A stretch of 63,174 nt of DNA, counting the filler, from Choristocarpus tenellus KU-1152 (Eukaryota; Protista; Phaeophyceae), in the NCBI GenBank assembly GCA_964200185.2. It is 12 parts of 12 records of this genome, joined end to end, with 100 filler letters (N's around TTAATTAATTAA, not from the genome) between each part and the next. Parts side by side here need not be neighbours in the genome. Positions count along the whole stretch, not along the records: positions 27,337 to 30,510 come from CAXNAD020021783.1; positions 30,611 to 36,355 come from CAXNAD020009859.1; positions 36,456 to 41,288 come from CAXNAD020012883.1; 9 more parts are not named here. One strand, given 5' to 3'. The position numbers were made by a program, and so were the translations under genes. The notes beneath the pieces are model-generated. The model did not search any database and was not told the origin of the DNA. It worked only from the letters and a program-made list of their open reading frames with translations. Every line of letters starts with the position of its first letter. Position 1 is the stretch's first letter. Positions 27,337-38,276 of this stretch are shown piece by piece.

Positions 27337-28154
27337 GTGGGGGTAGGGGATGCTCCGACCTGTGGAGTGGGGTGGGTAGGGTGTGAGTTTTGGCCTGGGA
27401 TATTGTGTGATGAAAAGCGGTGGATTTGGGATGCAGTGGCATTACTCAGGCGAGTTATAAGCCCCCCAGGCGGGGGTCTTTGGCTGGTGAGGGTGGTGTA
27501 GGTGCAATTGAAAAGCGTGGGGATGGGTAAGTGTGTTCCACAGTAGGGGCATGTGAGAGGGTGGTTCGCATCTTCGCAGAGGCTCGCCATGCAATTGTGG
27601 TGTAGCGGGCACCCACAGGGGAGGGTGCCTTGGTGGTCTGGGGGGAGAGGCTCTAGACAGCTAGGACCGGGAGGGAAAGAAGGGGGAGGGGCTGGGGGGT
27701 GGGGGCGTGGGATGGAGAGCAGGCGGAAAGGTGGGATGGCAAAAGGGGTGGAGAACGATTGTGAGCGGATGGATTCCAGCACAGCTTCGGTTCCCACACT
27801 CCCCTCCATGGCAGCGTAGTGTTCTGGGCTGGGAGGGGCATGACAGGTGGGGCACGGGATGGGATGCAGGAGTCTGGCGTGGAGGTATAGATCCGAGGCA
27901 CAGCCCAGATCCAATGAGTGTGTGTAGGAGAAAGGGATTACTGGCTGTTGCATCTCAGAAAAACAGATCGCACAGTGTTCCGGTGTAAGCTGATGTGGTT
28001 GTTGGGATGGGCGTGGGTTGGGGTCCCTGGTGGGCGAGGCTGGCCGTCGAAGCCTTGTAATATCTCTTATCACCGTGTTTCCTGCCCCCTCCTCATCATA
28101 GCTGTTTAGGGGCGGGCCCCTCTCCCTGTGACCATGATCGCGTGCCTCTGCCAC
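27337..28154 (-). CDS. Intronless proline-rich ORF with two RING-like zinc fingers (truncated by contig end, probably TE-derived)
   Basis: CAICFSEMQQPVIPFSYTHSLDLGC...CPTC and SCLEPL...LPCGCPLHHNC...CPYC. No ATG start; an in-frame stop lies at 28185-28187. Confidence 0.6.
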
Positions 28155-28600
28155 CTTTCTAGCCCCATCTCCTTGTGTTCTCGTTCAGTTTTCCGTCTGG
28201 GTTTCGCCATCCTGCAGAGACGAGACCTGTCCCCCTATTTCTGAAGAGGAGTGGTGTGTTCTGCTTGTGTTACCCCTTTGCCCGTGCCTATCTCGTGGGC
28301 CGCCATCCCTATCCTCGATCACCTCCACCTAGTCCCTGTGTGGGCCCATTCCGTTCTCCATCCATCCTTCTCCGTTCTGCGAGATTGAAATATGTGCGTC
28401 TATTCCCGGAGCTGGGCTAAACCCTCCACCTATACTAGTTCCTTGCCTCTGCCTGCCTCATGTGCCGTCATCGCCTTCCTCCCTCACCTCCATAACCCCA
28501 TCCCCTCCTCCTCCTAATAATATATATATTCAATACGTCATACTGTCATAGGTTTCTTAAACAGTGGTACTGATCTACCGACTCCATCAATTCTACATTT

Positions 28601-28781
28601 GAGTGAAAGTATCTCAGAGGGTACGGGTTTTTGCCTGTGTGTCCATTTGGAGCTTGGCTTCCCATGGGTTCTTTTATGACATTTTCCTACTTCAAAATCT
28701 TTAGGAGTAGGTAAAGTATGTATGTTATTAAAAGGTGTGTCCNNNNNNNNNNCGGCTCTACCCTCTAAGACACTTTGGCTC
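28601..28781 (+). mobile_element. MITE family A copy with an internal assembly gap
   Basis: GAGTGAAAGTATCTCAGAGGGTAC...CCCTCTAAGACACTTTGGCTC. Confidence 0.85.
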
Positions 28782-28839
28782 TTTACTTCCCTCATCAACA
28801 TGAAATACGAATTTTTATTATTTTCTTAGTTGTAACACT

Positions 28840-29060
28840 ATAGCAACACCTTCCCTTTGGAAAGTTCTGGGTACCTCGGCAAGCAAGCGGAACTTTTCCT
28901 GGATGAGCTGGCTACACACGCGGTAGGGGGGAGAGGAACTGGAGGCTATGGCAGGAAAGGGGCGGTCAAATCCCGTCTACATCAAATTGTCTCGGTAATA
29001 ACGTAGGTGGCACTGTCTAGACGTGTCATGCATTTTAAGCTGGAGTCACCAGGGAGATGG
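28840..29060 (+). mobile_element. CRE-like non-LTR retrotransposon, C-terminal endonuclease-region fragment
   Basis: FPLESSGYLGKQAELFLDELATHAVGG...KGAVKSRLHQIVSVIT*VALSRRV matches the 'P+.+E..G.+G..A..++..LA' RLE tail. Confidence 0.6.
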
Positions 29061-29379
29061 GCAAGGAGGGGTTGGTTGGATTCTTGGGATGCTTCCCTAG
29101 CTCCTCACCCTGAGGTGCAGGAATAGGTAGATTGGAGACACAGTAAGGCAATGGTACACAAATAACATATTTATGTTTTTCACATTTGTGACAACTTTTG
29201 CTTTAGGGATTTTTCTGACACGTGAACAATTTTTCCTTGGTTTTTCCTTGACACATATGCAAAATACCAGAGGGCAAAATGATATATATAGTGGAACATT
29301 ACCTCATAAAATATACCTGTAACCCATCCTATCTTTTTTTCTAAACAGCATATACTTAGACTTTGTTGGATATCTGACA

Positions 29380-30460
29380 ATGATATCTTCTAACAGCAAC
29401 TCTGCACCAGGCCCTGATGGGATGCGCCCTAGCCACACCAGATTAGCCACCACGACAGATGTTGGTTACAAAGAAGTGGAGTCATTTGCAAACCTATGGA
29501 AGGTGGTCTACACCTCCCCGGACGTTTTACCTCTGGAGTTCAGGACACTTCTAACAAACTCCAGATTGTCGGCAATTGGGGAGAAGTGTCGCCCGGTCAC
29601 CTGTGGGTCTTCCTTCAGAAGGGCATGTGCTTCAGCTTTCTGCTCAGACTGGTGCTCCTACCTGGAGGATTTTTTTGGTAGAGTAGGACAGTTTGGCATA
29701 GGGATCCCAAATGGAGTAGAGCGTGCACTCCTGGATATCCGTTTAAGGAAAGAGTGTGGAGAATGAGTCATCATCAGTTTAGACGGAAGAAATGCTTTCA
29801 ACAGCGTGGGCCGCTCAGCTTTCATCCAGGCTCTTCCAGAGACTCTACCAGGACTCCTGACTTATGTCTCCAAGGTATATGGGGACCCCTGAAACCTTCT
29901 TTTCCCCCTGGATGTGAGGGAGGGATGAAGATTCTGCCATCAAGATCAGGGGTACAACAGGTAGACCCCCTTGGCCCCCTGAGTAAAAGTATCATAGAGG
30001 GTACGAGTTTTGCCCTGTTTATCCATTTGGGGCTTGGTTTCCCATGGGTTTTTAATGGCACTTTACCTAATAATCCGAAATGGTTTGGAGAGGTAAAATG
30101 TGTACATTATGAAAAGGTGTATCCAGAACAAGGATATTGACACTTCCTAACACGATAGCCAAAATCACATCAAAATATCAACTTTGGATTTTGGCCCCCA
30201 AATTGACGCAACCCTACCCTCTAAGATAGTTTGACTCCCCTCTTTTATTGCATGGCAACACACAAGGCTTTGCAACAGGTCCAATCAGTCTTTAGACCTC
30301 AAGAGACTTCCTCCTGGAGCTATCTGGATGACACGTCCATTTCTGGAAGGTGATCGGCCCTAGCACCATAACTGCTTTCGAGAAGTTAGAAACTAACCTC
30401 CATGAGATAGGCATTGACCAAAATATGGACAAGACATTTGCCGCACCTCCTCAGGGCCAA
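29380..30460 (+). mobile_element. CRE-clade non-LTR reverse transcriptase, decayed and interrupted by MITE A
   Basis: SAPGPDGMRPSH, RPVTCGSSFRR, QFGIGIPNGVE, DGRNAFNSV, GVQQVDPLGP|LFYCM and YLDDT motifs in order. Confidence 0.85.
29981..30237 (+). mobile_element. MITE family A, full length, TSD CCCT
   Basis: CCCT|GAGTAAAAGTATCATAGAGGGTA...TACCCTCTAAGATAGTTTGACTC|CCCT. Confidence 0.93.
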
Positions 30461-30510
30461 GCTAGAAGTATCTGGGGGGGGGGGGTGGCAGCCGTCCATT
30501 TGGGGTCCAT
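30461..30510 (+). mobile_element. MITE family B left end (cut by contig end)
   Basis: GCTAGAAGTATCTGGGGG...GCCGTCCATTTGGGGTC. Confidence 0.7.
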
Positions 30511-30610
30511 NNNNNNNNNNNNNNNNNNNNNNNNNNNNNNNNNNNNNNNNNNNNTTAATTAATTAANNNNNNNNNNNNNNNNNNNNNNNNNNNNNNNNNN
30601 NNNNNNNNNN

Positions 30611-30916
30611 CATAGAGTTGATTGCATTGGTCGTTCATGTATTTGTTCGTGTTGGCACCTGCAGCAAAAATACAAGCAAAAAAATAGAGAGAAATGTGCC
30701 ACAGTACCTGCTCTGTACGTACGTGTTCGTGGCGTTTACTGTGTAACTGCTGCATTTCTTTCGAGTATAGTGCATCGTAGTTACGTACATACATTCCTAG
30801 TTACGAACGTACAGAGCAGGTACTGTGGCAGATTTCTCTTTATTTTTTTGCTTGTATATTTGCTGCAGGTGCCAACACGAACAAATACATGAACGACCAA
30901 TGCAATCAACTGTATG
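30611..30916. mobile_element. Foldback MITE with about 110-bp terminal inverted repeats (CATAGAG...CTGTATG)
   Basis: 30611-30722 is nearly the reverse complement of 30805-30916. The CATAG terminus fits the CANRG end of P-superfamily elements. The TSD cannot be checked because of the gap. Confidence 0.75.
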
Positions 30917-31111
30917 GGTGCCGTCTATCCAAAATTCCTGGAAATCACACGTCTTGTCTTTCTTACACCAACCTGTAATCTTTGGAAAAGCTTTGGATAA
31001 TCTTCTGTCAATATGTGCTACAGATTGAAGGGTGAGGGATACGTATCTCTCTATATCTTCGCCTTTACTGAACTCAGGAACAAAGTTCTCTTTGCTGCGA
31101 GTGTGTTGATA

Positions 31112-31699
31112 TCATGCACGCAGCCCCCTTTTCGCATTTCCTCTGCCATTACAGAACTCTTCCAGGATACCTTTGTGCACGTAAATCGTCGGGGACAAGG
31201 TGCTCTGCATCTCTTTCAGTTCGTATAGTTTTGAACCCATGGTCATTATAACCTGCTGGAGGATATAAGTTTGTACCACGTTTAGGGTTTTAAGTGGACG
31301 CCGATGTTTTGCGGATTGGAGGATTTCCGACGCACAAGCCTCAAGGAAGTTCGCTGTTATTCTGAGCTTGGATTTAGTTTCAGAATGGATCGATTGCGGG
31401 CTGGTGCCGAGGTTATCACGAGATTTAGGATCGGTACAATTATCATCTTCTCCTACAGTACTCCCCACTTTAGCGACGGATTCCATGCCCAGATCTTTGA
31501 CGTTTGTCACTCTTTTCTTCATTTCCCTGTTTCTCTGCTCAGAACAAAAAAAATGTTTGAAGCAACGTCTTGGGAGGTTCTTCTTATCCATCCTTTCCCT
31601 TAGCATTGTCCATGCGTTCCTCAGAACCTCGGGTCCCCAGGGCAAAAGGATGCCCCCCTCTGTTTCCACCAAGATCCTCGGTTTTTTGGTCCTGTCCAA
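31112..31699 (-). pseudogene. Unidentified TE-like ORF fragment with a decayed paralog at about 35850-36080
   Basis: ITANFLEACASE...MTMGSK...YVHKGILEE versus ITEAFVEACVS...MTMGSD...YVHEKILKN. Confidence 0.45.
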
Positions 31700-32074
31700 T
31701 ACCTAGCATAGAGTTCTTCGTCCGATTGGCGGAGGAATTGCGTTCCTCAATCTACTCCTCACCACCCCTAGAAACCTTTGTCGTCTTTGCAGGGACTCTT
31801 TCCACGTCTACAATCTTTCCCGTCTTAGTAAATGTTTCCCTCTTCACAAAAGGCTTGTCTTTGCCAAAGAAAACCAATTATTTCTAGAAATCCGTAAATC
31901 GGTTGAGTCCTCGTCATTGATGCCCCCACTTCTCCCCAACCTCAGCATCATCCTTGGGTTTTTTAGCTACCTGGCCACCAGTTTTCTACCTGTGAGAGGA
32001 GATCGACAAGAAGGATTGACCTCCCCTACACCATCCAGTTCACCCTCATCAAAGACGCCATCCTTCCTCACCCT

Positions 32075-32574
32075 GGGCCAAAGCATTTAAGAGGGTAGGA
32101 GTTTTGCCCCGTTTGTCCGTTTGGGGCTTGACTTCTATGTCAAAGTGTCTGAGGGGGGGTGGCAGCTGACCATTTGGGGTCAATGTTTTCCATGTCACGA
32201 TTTTTGGGTGATCTGGTTGCATACGTCAGATGGATAATGTAATTGCACTTTTCTTGGTTATGAGTGGAAGTATCTTAGAGGGTGCGAGTTTTGCCCTGTA
32301 TGTCAGTTTTCTTTGGCTTTCCATGGGTTATTTTTCTGACATTTTCCTACTCCAAAATATTTCGGAGTAGGTAAAAAGTATACGTTATGAAAAGGTGTGT
32401 CCGAAACAAGGATATTGACCCTTCGTAACAAGCACAATAGCCAAAATTACATTTAAATCGCAACATTGGATTGTGACCCCCAAATGGACACGGCTTTACA
32501 CTCTAATGTACTTTGGCTCTTATGGTCCAAATGGACAACCTGGTGTAGACCCCCCCCCGGAGATACTTTGGGTC
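32075..32574 (+). mobile_element. Nested MITEs: A left end (32075-32136), then B (32137-32574) carrying a full A (32262-32519, TSD TTAT)
   Basis: The B sequence ...CACTTTTCTTGGTTAT|A element|TTATGGTCCAAATGGAC... is restored when A and one TTAT are removed. Confidence 0.9.
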
Positions 32575-32593
32575 TCTCATGCCGTTGTTGAGT

Positions 32594-34130
32594 GGGTCAA
32601 AGTATCTGGGAGAGGTTGCCAGCGTCCATTTTGGACCCTTTTTTCGATTTCCCATTTTTAGGTGATTTGGTCGCACGTGTCGGATTTCAATGCGTTTAAA
32701 GAGGACTGTTGGTTAGGGTTCGTTTCTTCATTGCCTTCGCACGAAGAATGGGAGAACATGCCACCATTTTTTTCGTGTTACTTTGGAGTTTCGATGATTG
32801 TGCATGTGTCGGATTTTCAATATGTTCAACAGAGCTGTTGGTTAGGGTATGTTGTGCTAGAGTTCGCATAAAGAACGAAAAATATGCGAGTGAGAGCATC
32901 TTAGAGGGTACGAGTTTTTCCCTTTTTGTCCATTTGGGGCTTGGCTTCCCATAGGTTTATAATAATATTTTACAGTGATACTTTGGGAGCATTAGGCATA
33001 CCTCTCTGTACCACTCGACAAGAACCCGAAGACTAGGAACTACCTCGTTGAAGTCTTCTCCAAAACGTTTCGGAGTAGGTAAAATGTATACTTCATGAAA
33101 AGGCGGGTCCAGAACAGGGATATTGACATCTCGTAACAAACATAATAGCCAAAATTACATCAAAATTGCAACATTTGATTTTGCTCCCCAAATGGACGCT
33201 GCTCTACCTTCTCTAAGATACTTTGACTCATGTCATACTTTGTTACTGGGTTAGTTTATTGTTTCTTTGGTTGTTTGAGTCGGATTTCATATGTACAGAA
33301 ACAGGGCTGTCGGTTAGTGTCTGTTGTCCCAGTGTTAGCAGGAAGAATGATAAAGTACACCATGGTTTGTTTTTAGGTTTGTTTATTTTTTATTTGGTTA
33401 CATTGAGTTGGATATCGTACGTACACAAACAGGGCTGTCGATTAGGGTCTGTTGTCCGAGTGTTAGCATGAGGAATGAAAAAATATACCATGGTCTGTTT
33501 GCGGGTTAGATATTCGTTTATTTTGTTGCATGTGGCAGATGTCGTATGTATACAAACAGGGCTGTCGATTAGGGTCTGTTGTCCTAGAGTTCGCAGGAAG
33601 AATGAGAAAAATATGCCATGGTTTGTTTTTAGGCTAGTCTATTGTTTCTTTGGTTGCATGACTTGGATATGGTATGTGCACAAGCAGTGCTGTCGGTTAG
33701 GGTCTGTTGTCCCAGTGTTAGCATGAGGAATTAAAAAATATACCATGGTCTGTTTGCAGGTTAGATATTCGTTTATTTTGTTGCATGTGTCAGATGTCGT
33801 ATGTATACAAACAGGGCTGTTAGTCGGGGTCTGTTGTCCTATGTTTCGCAGGAAGAATGAGAAAAATATGCCATGGTTTGTTTTTAGGCTAGTCTATTGT
33901 TTCTTTGGTTGCATGACTTGGATATGGTATGTGCACAAACAGTGCTGTCGGTTAGGGTCTGTTGTCCCAGTGTTAGAATGAAGAAAGGGAAAATATGCCA
34001 TTCTTTGTTTTCGGGTTAGTGTAGTTTTTCTTTGATTGCGTATGTCGGATTTTCAATGTGTTCAGACAGGGCTGTTAGTCGGGGTCTGTTGTCCTATGTT
34101 TCGCATGAAGAATGTAAAAATATACCGTCC
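32594..34130 (+). repeat. About 128-bp satellite array (about 9 units, alternating dimer) starting from a family-B left end
   Basis: Unit anchors ACAGGGCTGT/GCAGTGCTGT at about 33301, 33429, 33556, 33684, 33811, 33939 and 34067, with diverged units at about 32700 and 32830. The array is preceded by GGGTCAAAGTATCTGGG at 32594. Confidence 0.88.
32888..33229 (+). mobile_element. MITE family A inside the satellite, with about 90 bp of extra internal sequence
   Basis: ATGC|GAGTGAGAGCATCTTAGAGGGTAC...CTCTAAGATACTTTGACTC|ATGT. Confidence 0.88.
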
Positions 34131-35156
34131 TTTGTGTGGGGGTTGGTTTAGTGGATTGCTTTAATCCTGATTACATAGGGTTAGGTTAGGGTGAGGAAGG
34201 TCGACCATGGCACTGGTACGGAATTTGGGTAGGACGCATGGCGATTTTAGGTCGGCATGGCATGCAGATGGGCTCAGGGTAAGGGTCAGGGTAAGGTTTA
34301 TGGTTAGTGCTATTGTGTGAGGGGGCGATTCAGGCCATTCGTCAAGTTTATGGCACGTGTTTGTGGTAGGCTCAGGGTTAGTGTTGTGGTTAGGAGTATC
34401 GGACGTGGACTTCGGGGGAATAATTCTTTGAAGATTGAAAGTAAGGCGAAATCGACCCTATTTTGTCGAAATGTGGGCAAAGCATGAGATATAGTGTGAT
34501 TGCTGCGGGTTTTGTATTGTAAGGAATTGGCAGGGTTAGGAAAACAGTTGAACAACTGTTTGTCCGGTGTATGAAAAGTTGGGGTTGGAGGGAGGGTTAG
34601 AGTTCGTGTCTGGGTCAGGTGCGAAAAAGAAGGAACTAAGTGATGATGATTGGATTCTATGCCATGCATCGCAGTTAGAGTTATGATCGATCCTTCTCTA
34701 TATTATAGTAGAGAGTGGTGTTGAAGAGAAGAAATGAAGAAGTTGACGTAATCTTGAAGTGTGAGGTTTGCAAGGTTAGAGTATGTACGTGTTAGGATTA
34801 GGTTCAGCCCATTTGGAGATAGGAAGGTAATCCGAATATTGAACCGAAGCCATACTTTGGTAAGCGTTTATGGGTATAAGGAGGCCACGGGTTCACCAGA
34901 TGGACATAGTCGGGAAAAGATGATGTGTATGCTGTTTTGATATGGTGGATGGAAGAATGAGAAGTAGAGGGGAGCTAGGTAGGGTTAGGAGAATAATTTG
35001 CGGCTGGGAAGAAGATAATGTGTCGAATGCAGGCCTTGGCGAAGTTTTTGGAAACTTTGCCAAAAAGAACGAGAAGAGTAGGTTATAAAATGCTATATAT
35101 TTTGGCAATCTGAACCTTGAATTGGACACACTTTGATAAAAAAGAACAACATAAGT

Positions 35157-35419
35157 GAGTGAAGTATCTTAGAGGGTACGGGTTTTTGCCCTCTTTGTCC
35201 ATTTGGTGCTTGGCGTCCCATGTTTTTTTTTAATGACATTTTTCTACTCCGAAATGTTTCGGGGTCGGTAAAATGTATATGTTATGAAAAGGTGTGGGCG
35301 GAACATGGATATTGACACTTCCTAACAAACACCACCATAGCCAAAATTACGTCAAAATCGCAACATTGGGTTTTGTCCTCCAAATTGACGAAGCTCTATC
35401 CTCTAACATAATTTGGGTC
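35157..35419 (+). mobile_element. MITE family A copy (TSD not preserved)
   Basis: GAGTGAAGTATCTTAGAGGGTACG...CCTCTAACATAATTTGGGTC. Confidence 0.85.
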
Positions 35420-36455
35420 CGTCTGACCCTTAAGATGAGTATCATATATGATGTACTGACAACTCTGACTGGTCCGCATGTATCCAATACCACTGTGGAA
35501 ATGCGTAACCCATCGGATCGAAACTGCACGAACATGGTAGTCACACACCTTCTAAGGTACAGTTAGGCCCGAATCAGACCCAAGTTACGCAACCCGTACT
35601 TCAAGAAAATCTGAAACGAACAAGGCTCTATTTCAATTGATGGGCGTATTGGAATTGGCACTCCTTGTACTTCTCCCACCAGTCTACAAGTTTGGGGTAA
35701 GCCTCAGTTAGTCGGTGCCACGGGTTCAGTCATGTTGAATACCTCTTGTTCCACAGTTCTGGCTTCACCAGGCTCAGGAATATAGCTTTCCTTTCACGGA
35801 GGGCTTCAATATCATCCAGACGCAACGTGCTCTTGGTTTTACCTCCATCTCACCTCTTAGGTTTTTGAGGATTTTCTCGTGTACGTAACAGTGATTCTCT
35901 TGGACATTATTTTTTGCCGCTTTGCCGCCCTTGACTTATCTGAACCCATGGTCATATATGACCTGGGTTAGCATCTGTTTCTGGACACGGTACTGCGAAG
36001 AAGCTGGTTTGGTGGCCAATCGGAGGAGTTCCAACTCACGCATGCCTCCACAAAAGCTTCTGTTATTCCCACAATAGTTGAACCACCGGAGTGGACAGAT
36101 TGTTCTCTGGCGCAGAGGTCACAACCACATTGTTAAGAATATGCTTTTAATTCATGTGCAATAAAAGATTCAGTAGAAGAAACAATCTAAGGATTAAGAA
36201 ACGGTGTTTGTATTCTGAAGAATAAGAAGATAAGGCTGGGTTTCAAGAACTAGAATATGGAACAGTTCAGGAATAGGAAGAATTGTGGGAAGTAGTTTCA
36301 GATTAGTTTGATTAGTCATTCACGGAATAGAATTTATTTGGTGGCAATGACACCCNNNNNNNNNNNNNNNNNNNNNNNNNNNNNNNNNNNNNNNNNNNNT
36401 TAATTAATTAANNNNNNNNNNNNNNNNNNNNNNNNNNNNNNNNNNNNNNNNNNNN

Positions 36456-36531
36456 CAAAAAAAAAAGAGTTGTTTGGCCGAAACGGATACCCCCTTGCAA
36501 CCCCCACCCCCCCTTCCAGATACGTTGACCC
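36456..36531 (+). mobile_element. MITE family C right arm (contig starts inside it)
   Basis: CCGAAACGGATACCCCC...CCAGATACGTTGACCC. Confidence 0.7.
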
Positions 36532-37068
36532 TAATGACCCTGATTGCACTGTTGTTTCACGGCAATACGACTTGAATTGAATTGAATCAACAGAGTGGAG
36601 CATCTATGGCTTCAAGAGTAGTAGATCCGCTACCTGAGTAAGGACTGTGTTGCAAACAAAGTACATCATGAAATGAGTTAATTTTTTTTTTTTTTTTTTT
36701 TTTGGGGGGGGGTGGGGGGGGGGTTTGTGTTTGCCTCCTCGAGAGTAAATTGTGTTTTTGTTAGATTTTTTTTTTTTTGGTGGGTGGGGGGGGGGGGGGG
36801 GGGGGGGATTGGTGTTGGCCACCTCGAGAGAAACTTGTGTTTTCAAGTTTATATTTGTTGACCCCACTAAGAAGAGTTGCTTCTAGAGGCCTGCGGCTGA
36901 TGCGGAGATATCCAGGAAACTGTTTCTTTGCAACATGGCCTCAGCCTGCTGCTTCTCACTGTATCCTGTATCATGTTCCGGTATCCTTGATAAGCCACTC
37001 TTTGCCTTTTGCACGATGCCCTTCCAATAACAAAGCCTCTTCCCTTCCAAACAAATTCATATGTACAG

Positions 37069-37239
37069 GGCTGGTCATTGGAGGATCTGGATACTCCCCA
37101 CCTTCTCCAATGGATGGAGCAGTGTAAAGCCAAGGAGTCTGTTGCTGGCACACTCAAGGACCCTTCGATTTGGGTAGAAATATACAAGAAGTTCCTCGGA
37201 ATGGACTATTTTGTCAAGGCCGGCGTGGCCTCAAAGTGA
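37069..37239 (+). CDS. Glutathione S-transferase-like (omega/lambda-type) last exon
   Basis: tacag|GWSLEDLDTPHLLQWMEQCKAKESVAGTLKDPSIWVEIYKKFLGMDYFVKAGVASK* fits the 'P.L..W+..+.....V..T..DP..+++.Y+++' GST C-terminal pattern. Confidence 0.6.
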   Translation, partial: GWSLEDLDTPHLLQWMEQCKAKESVAGTLKDPSIWVEIYKKFLGMDYFVKAGVASK

Positions 37240-38276
37240 TGTTCGAAGTAAGTGGATTGAATTGCCACACATCTCTCCTTCCAGCAACAGATCTATCTCT
37301 GTGCGCCTCACTACAGAGATACAGCAAGAGCTTGAGGTGCTATCTTTGATGGTCTTTGTGGAGCAATTTTACGTGTGTTTCCTGTTGATAATAAGGCGTG
37401 TGTGAACTTCACGAGTATTTATGTATGTATGTACATAGTGATTTCGTGCAGTCTGTGATACTGAGATTACTTGAGCCAACTATCCTGCTGGGAGTGTAGG
37501 TTCCATGGAGCTTGATTCTTTGACTCTCCTTATTTTTATGTTTGTCAGGTCAATGCATTTGTGCCTTACGTATATATATAAGACTTGGAAGATATCAACT
37601 ATCTGTACTCCATACATGTGGTTATCTCATGACTTTGAAGCTAAGAAGTTATTTTCTGTACATAACATATTTTTTCTCAATTTGATTTGTAAGGTAATTA
37701 ATGGCCAGCTCCCCCTCTCATGCAAAGGAGAGATGTAAATGAGCAAGCTCCAAGGTGTATCATCCTAATCTAATAAGTTTTCCTGAGCACCGAGCTTTGA
37801 TTGGCAGGTTCACAGCATACATCTCTTAGCAGTTGTGACGACATTGATCATCAATGGGCCCAAGTCGAAATTAATCAGACATGTTCATCAGGGTACAAAA
37901 TATGAAAAGTATGTTAAACATGTGTACCACCAAAGTATTCTACAAAATTATTCCTGTGAATTGATGAGCCCCATACATATTTGCCACCCTTTGTTTATTA
38001 TTTTTCTGAGACAAAATGTTGATTCAAATATTATATTGTTTGTGCTTCCCAGAAGGGTTATGCTATAATCCAGTTGTGAATGTATCATTCTTGTATGTAG
38101 CCTACATGTCACAATTGCACAAGTCATCCCATCCTCCACTAAGCATTCGTGTTAACACCTCTGCCCTCGAACACCCACCTAGACAGTGAGAGCAAAACAA
38201 TAAAACAACTAACAACAAAATATAATACACCTAAATGTGTCCTTGAGTGGCGATACCACCCTTACGACCATGTTTG

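Noticed and set aside
29822-30061. Recurring peptide KTHGKPSPKW..RAKLVPS in several ORFs as a protein family
   Set aside because: It is a translation of MITE A sequence, with frames broken differently in each copy.
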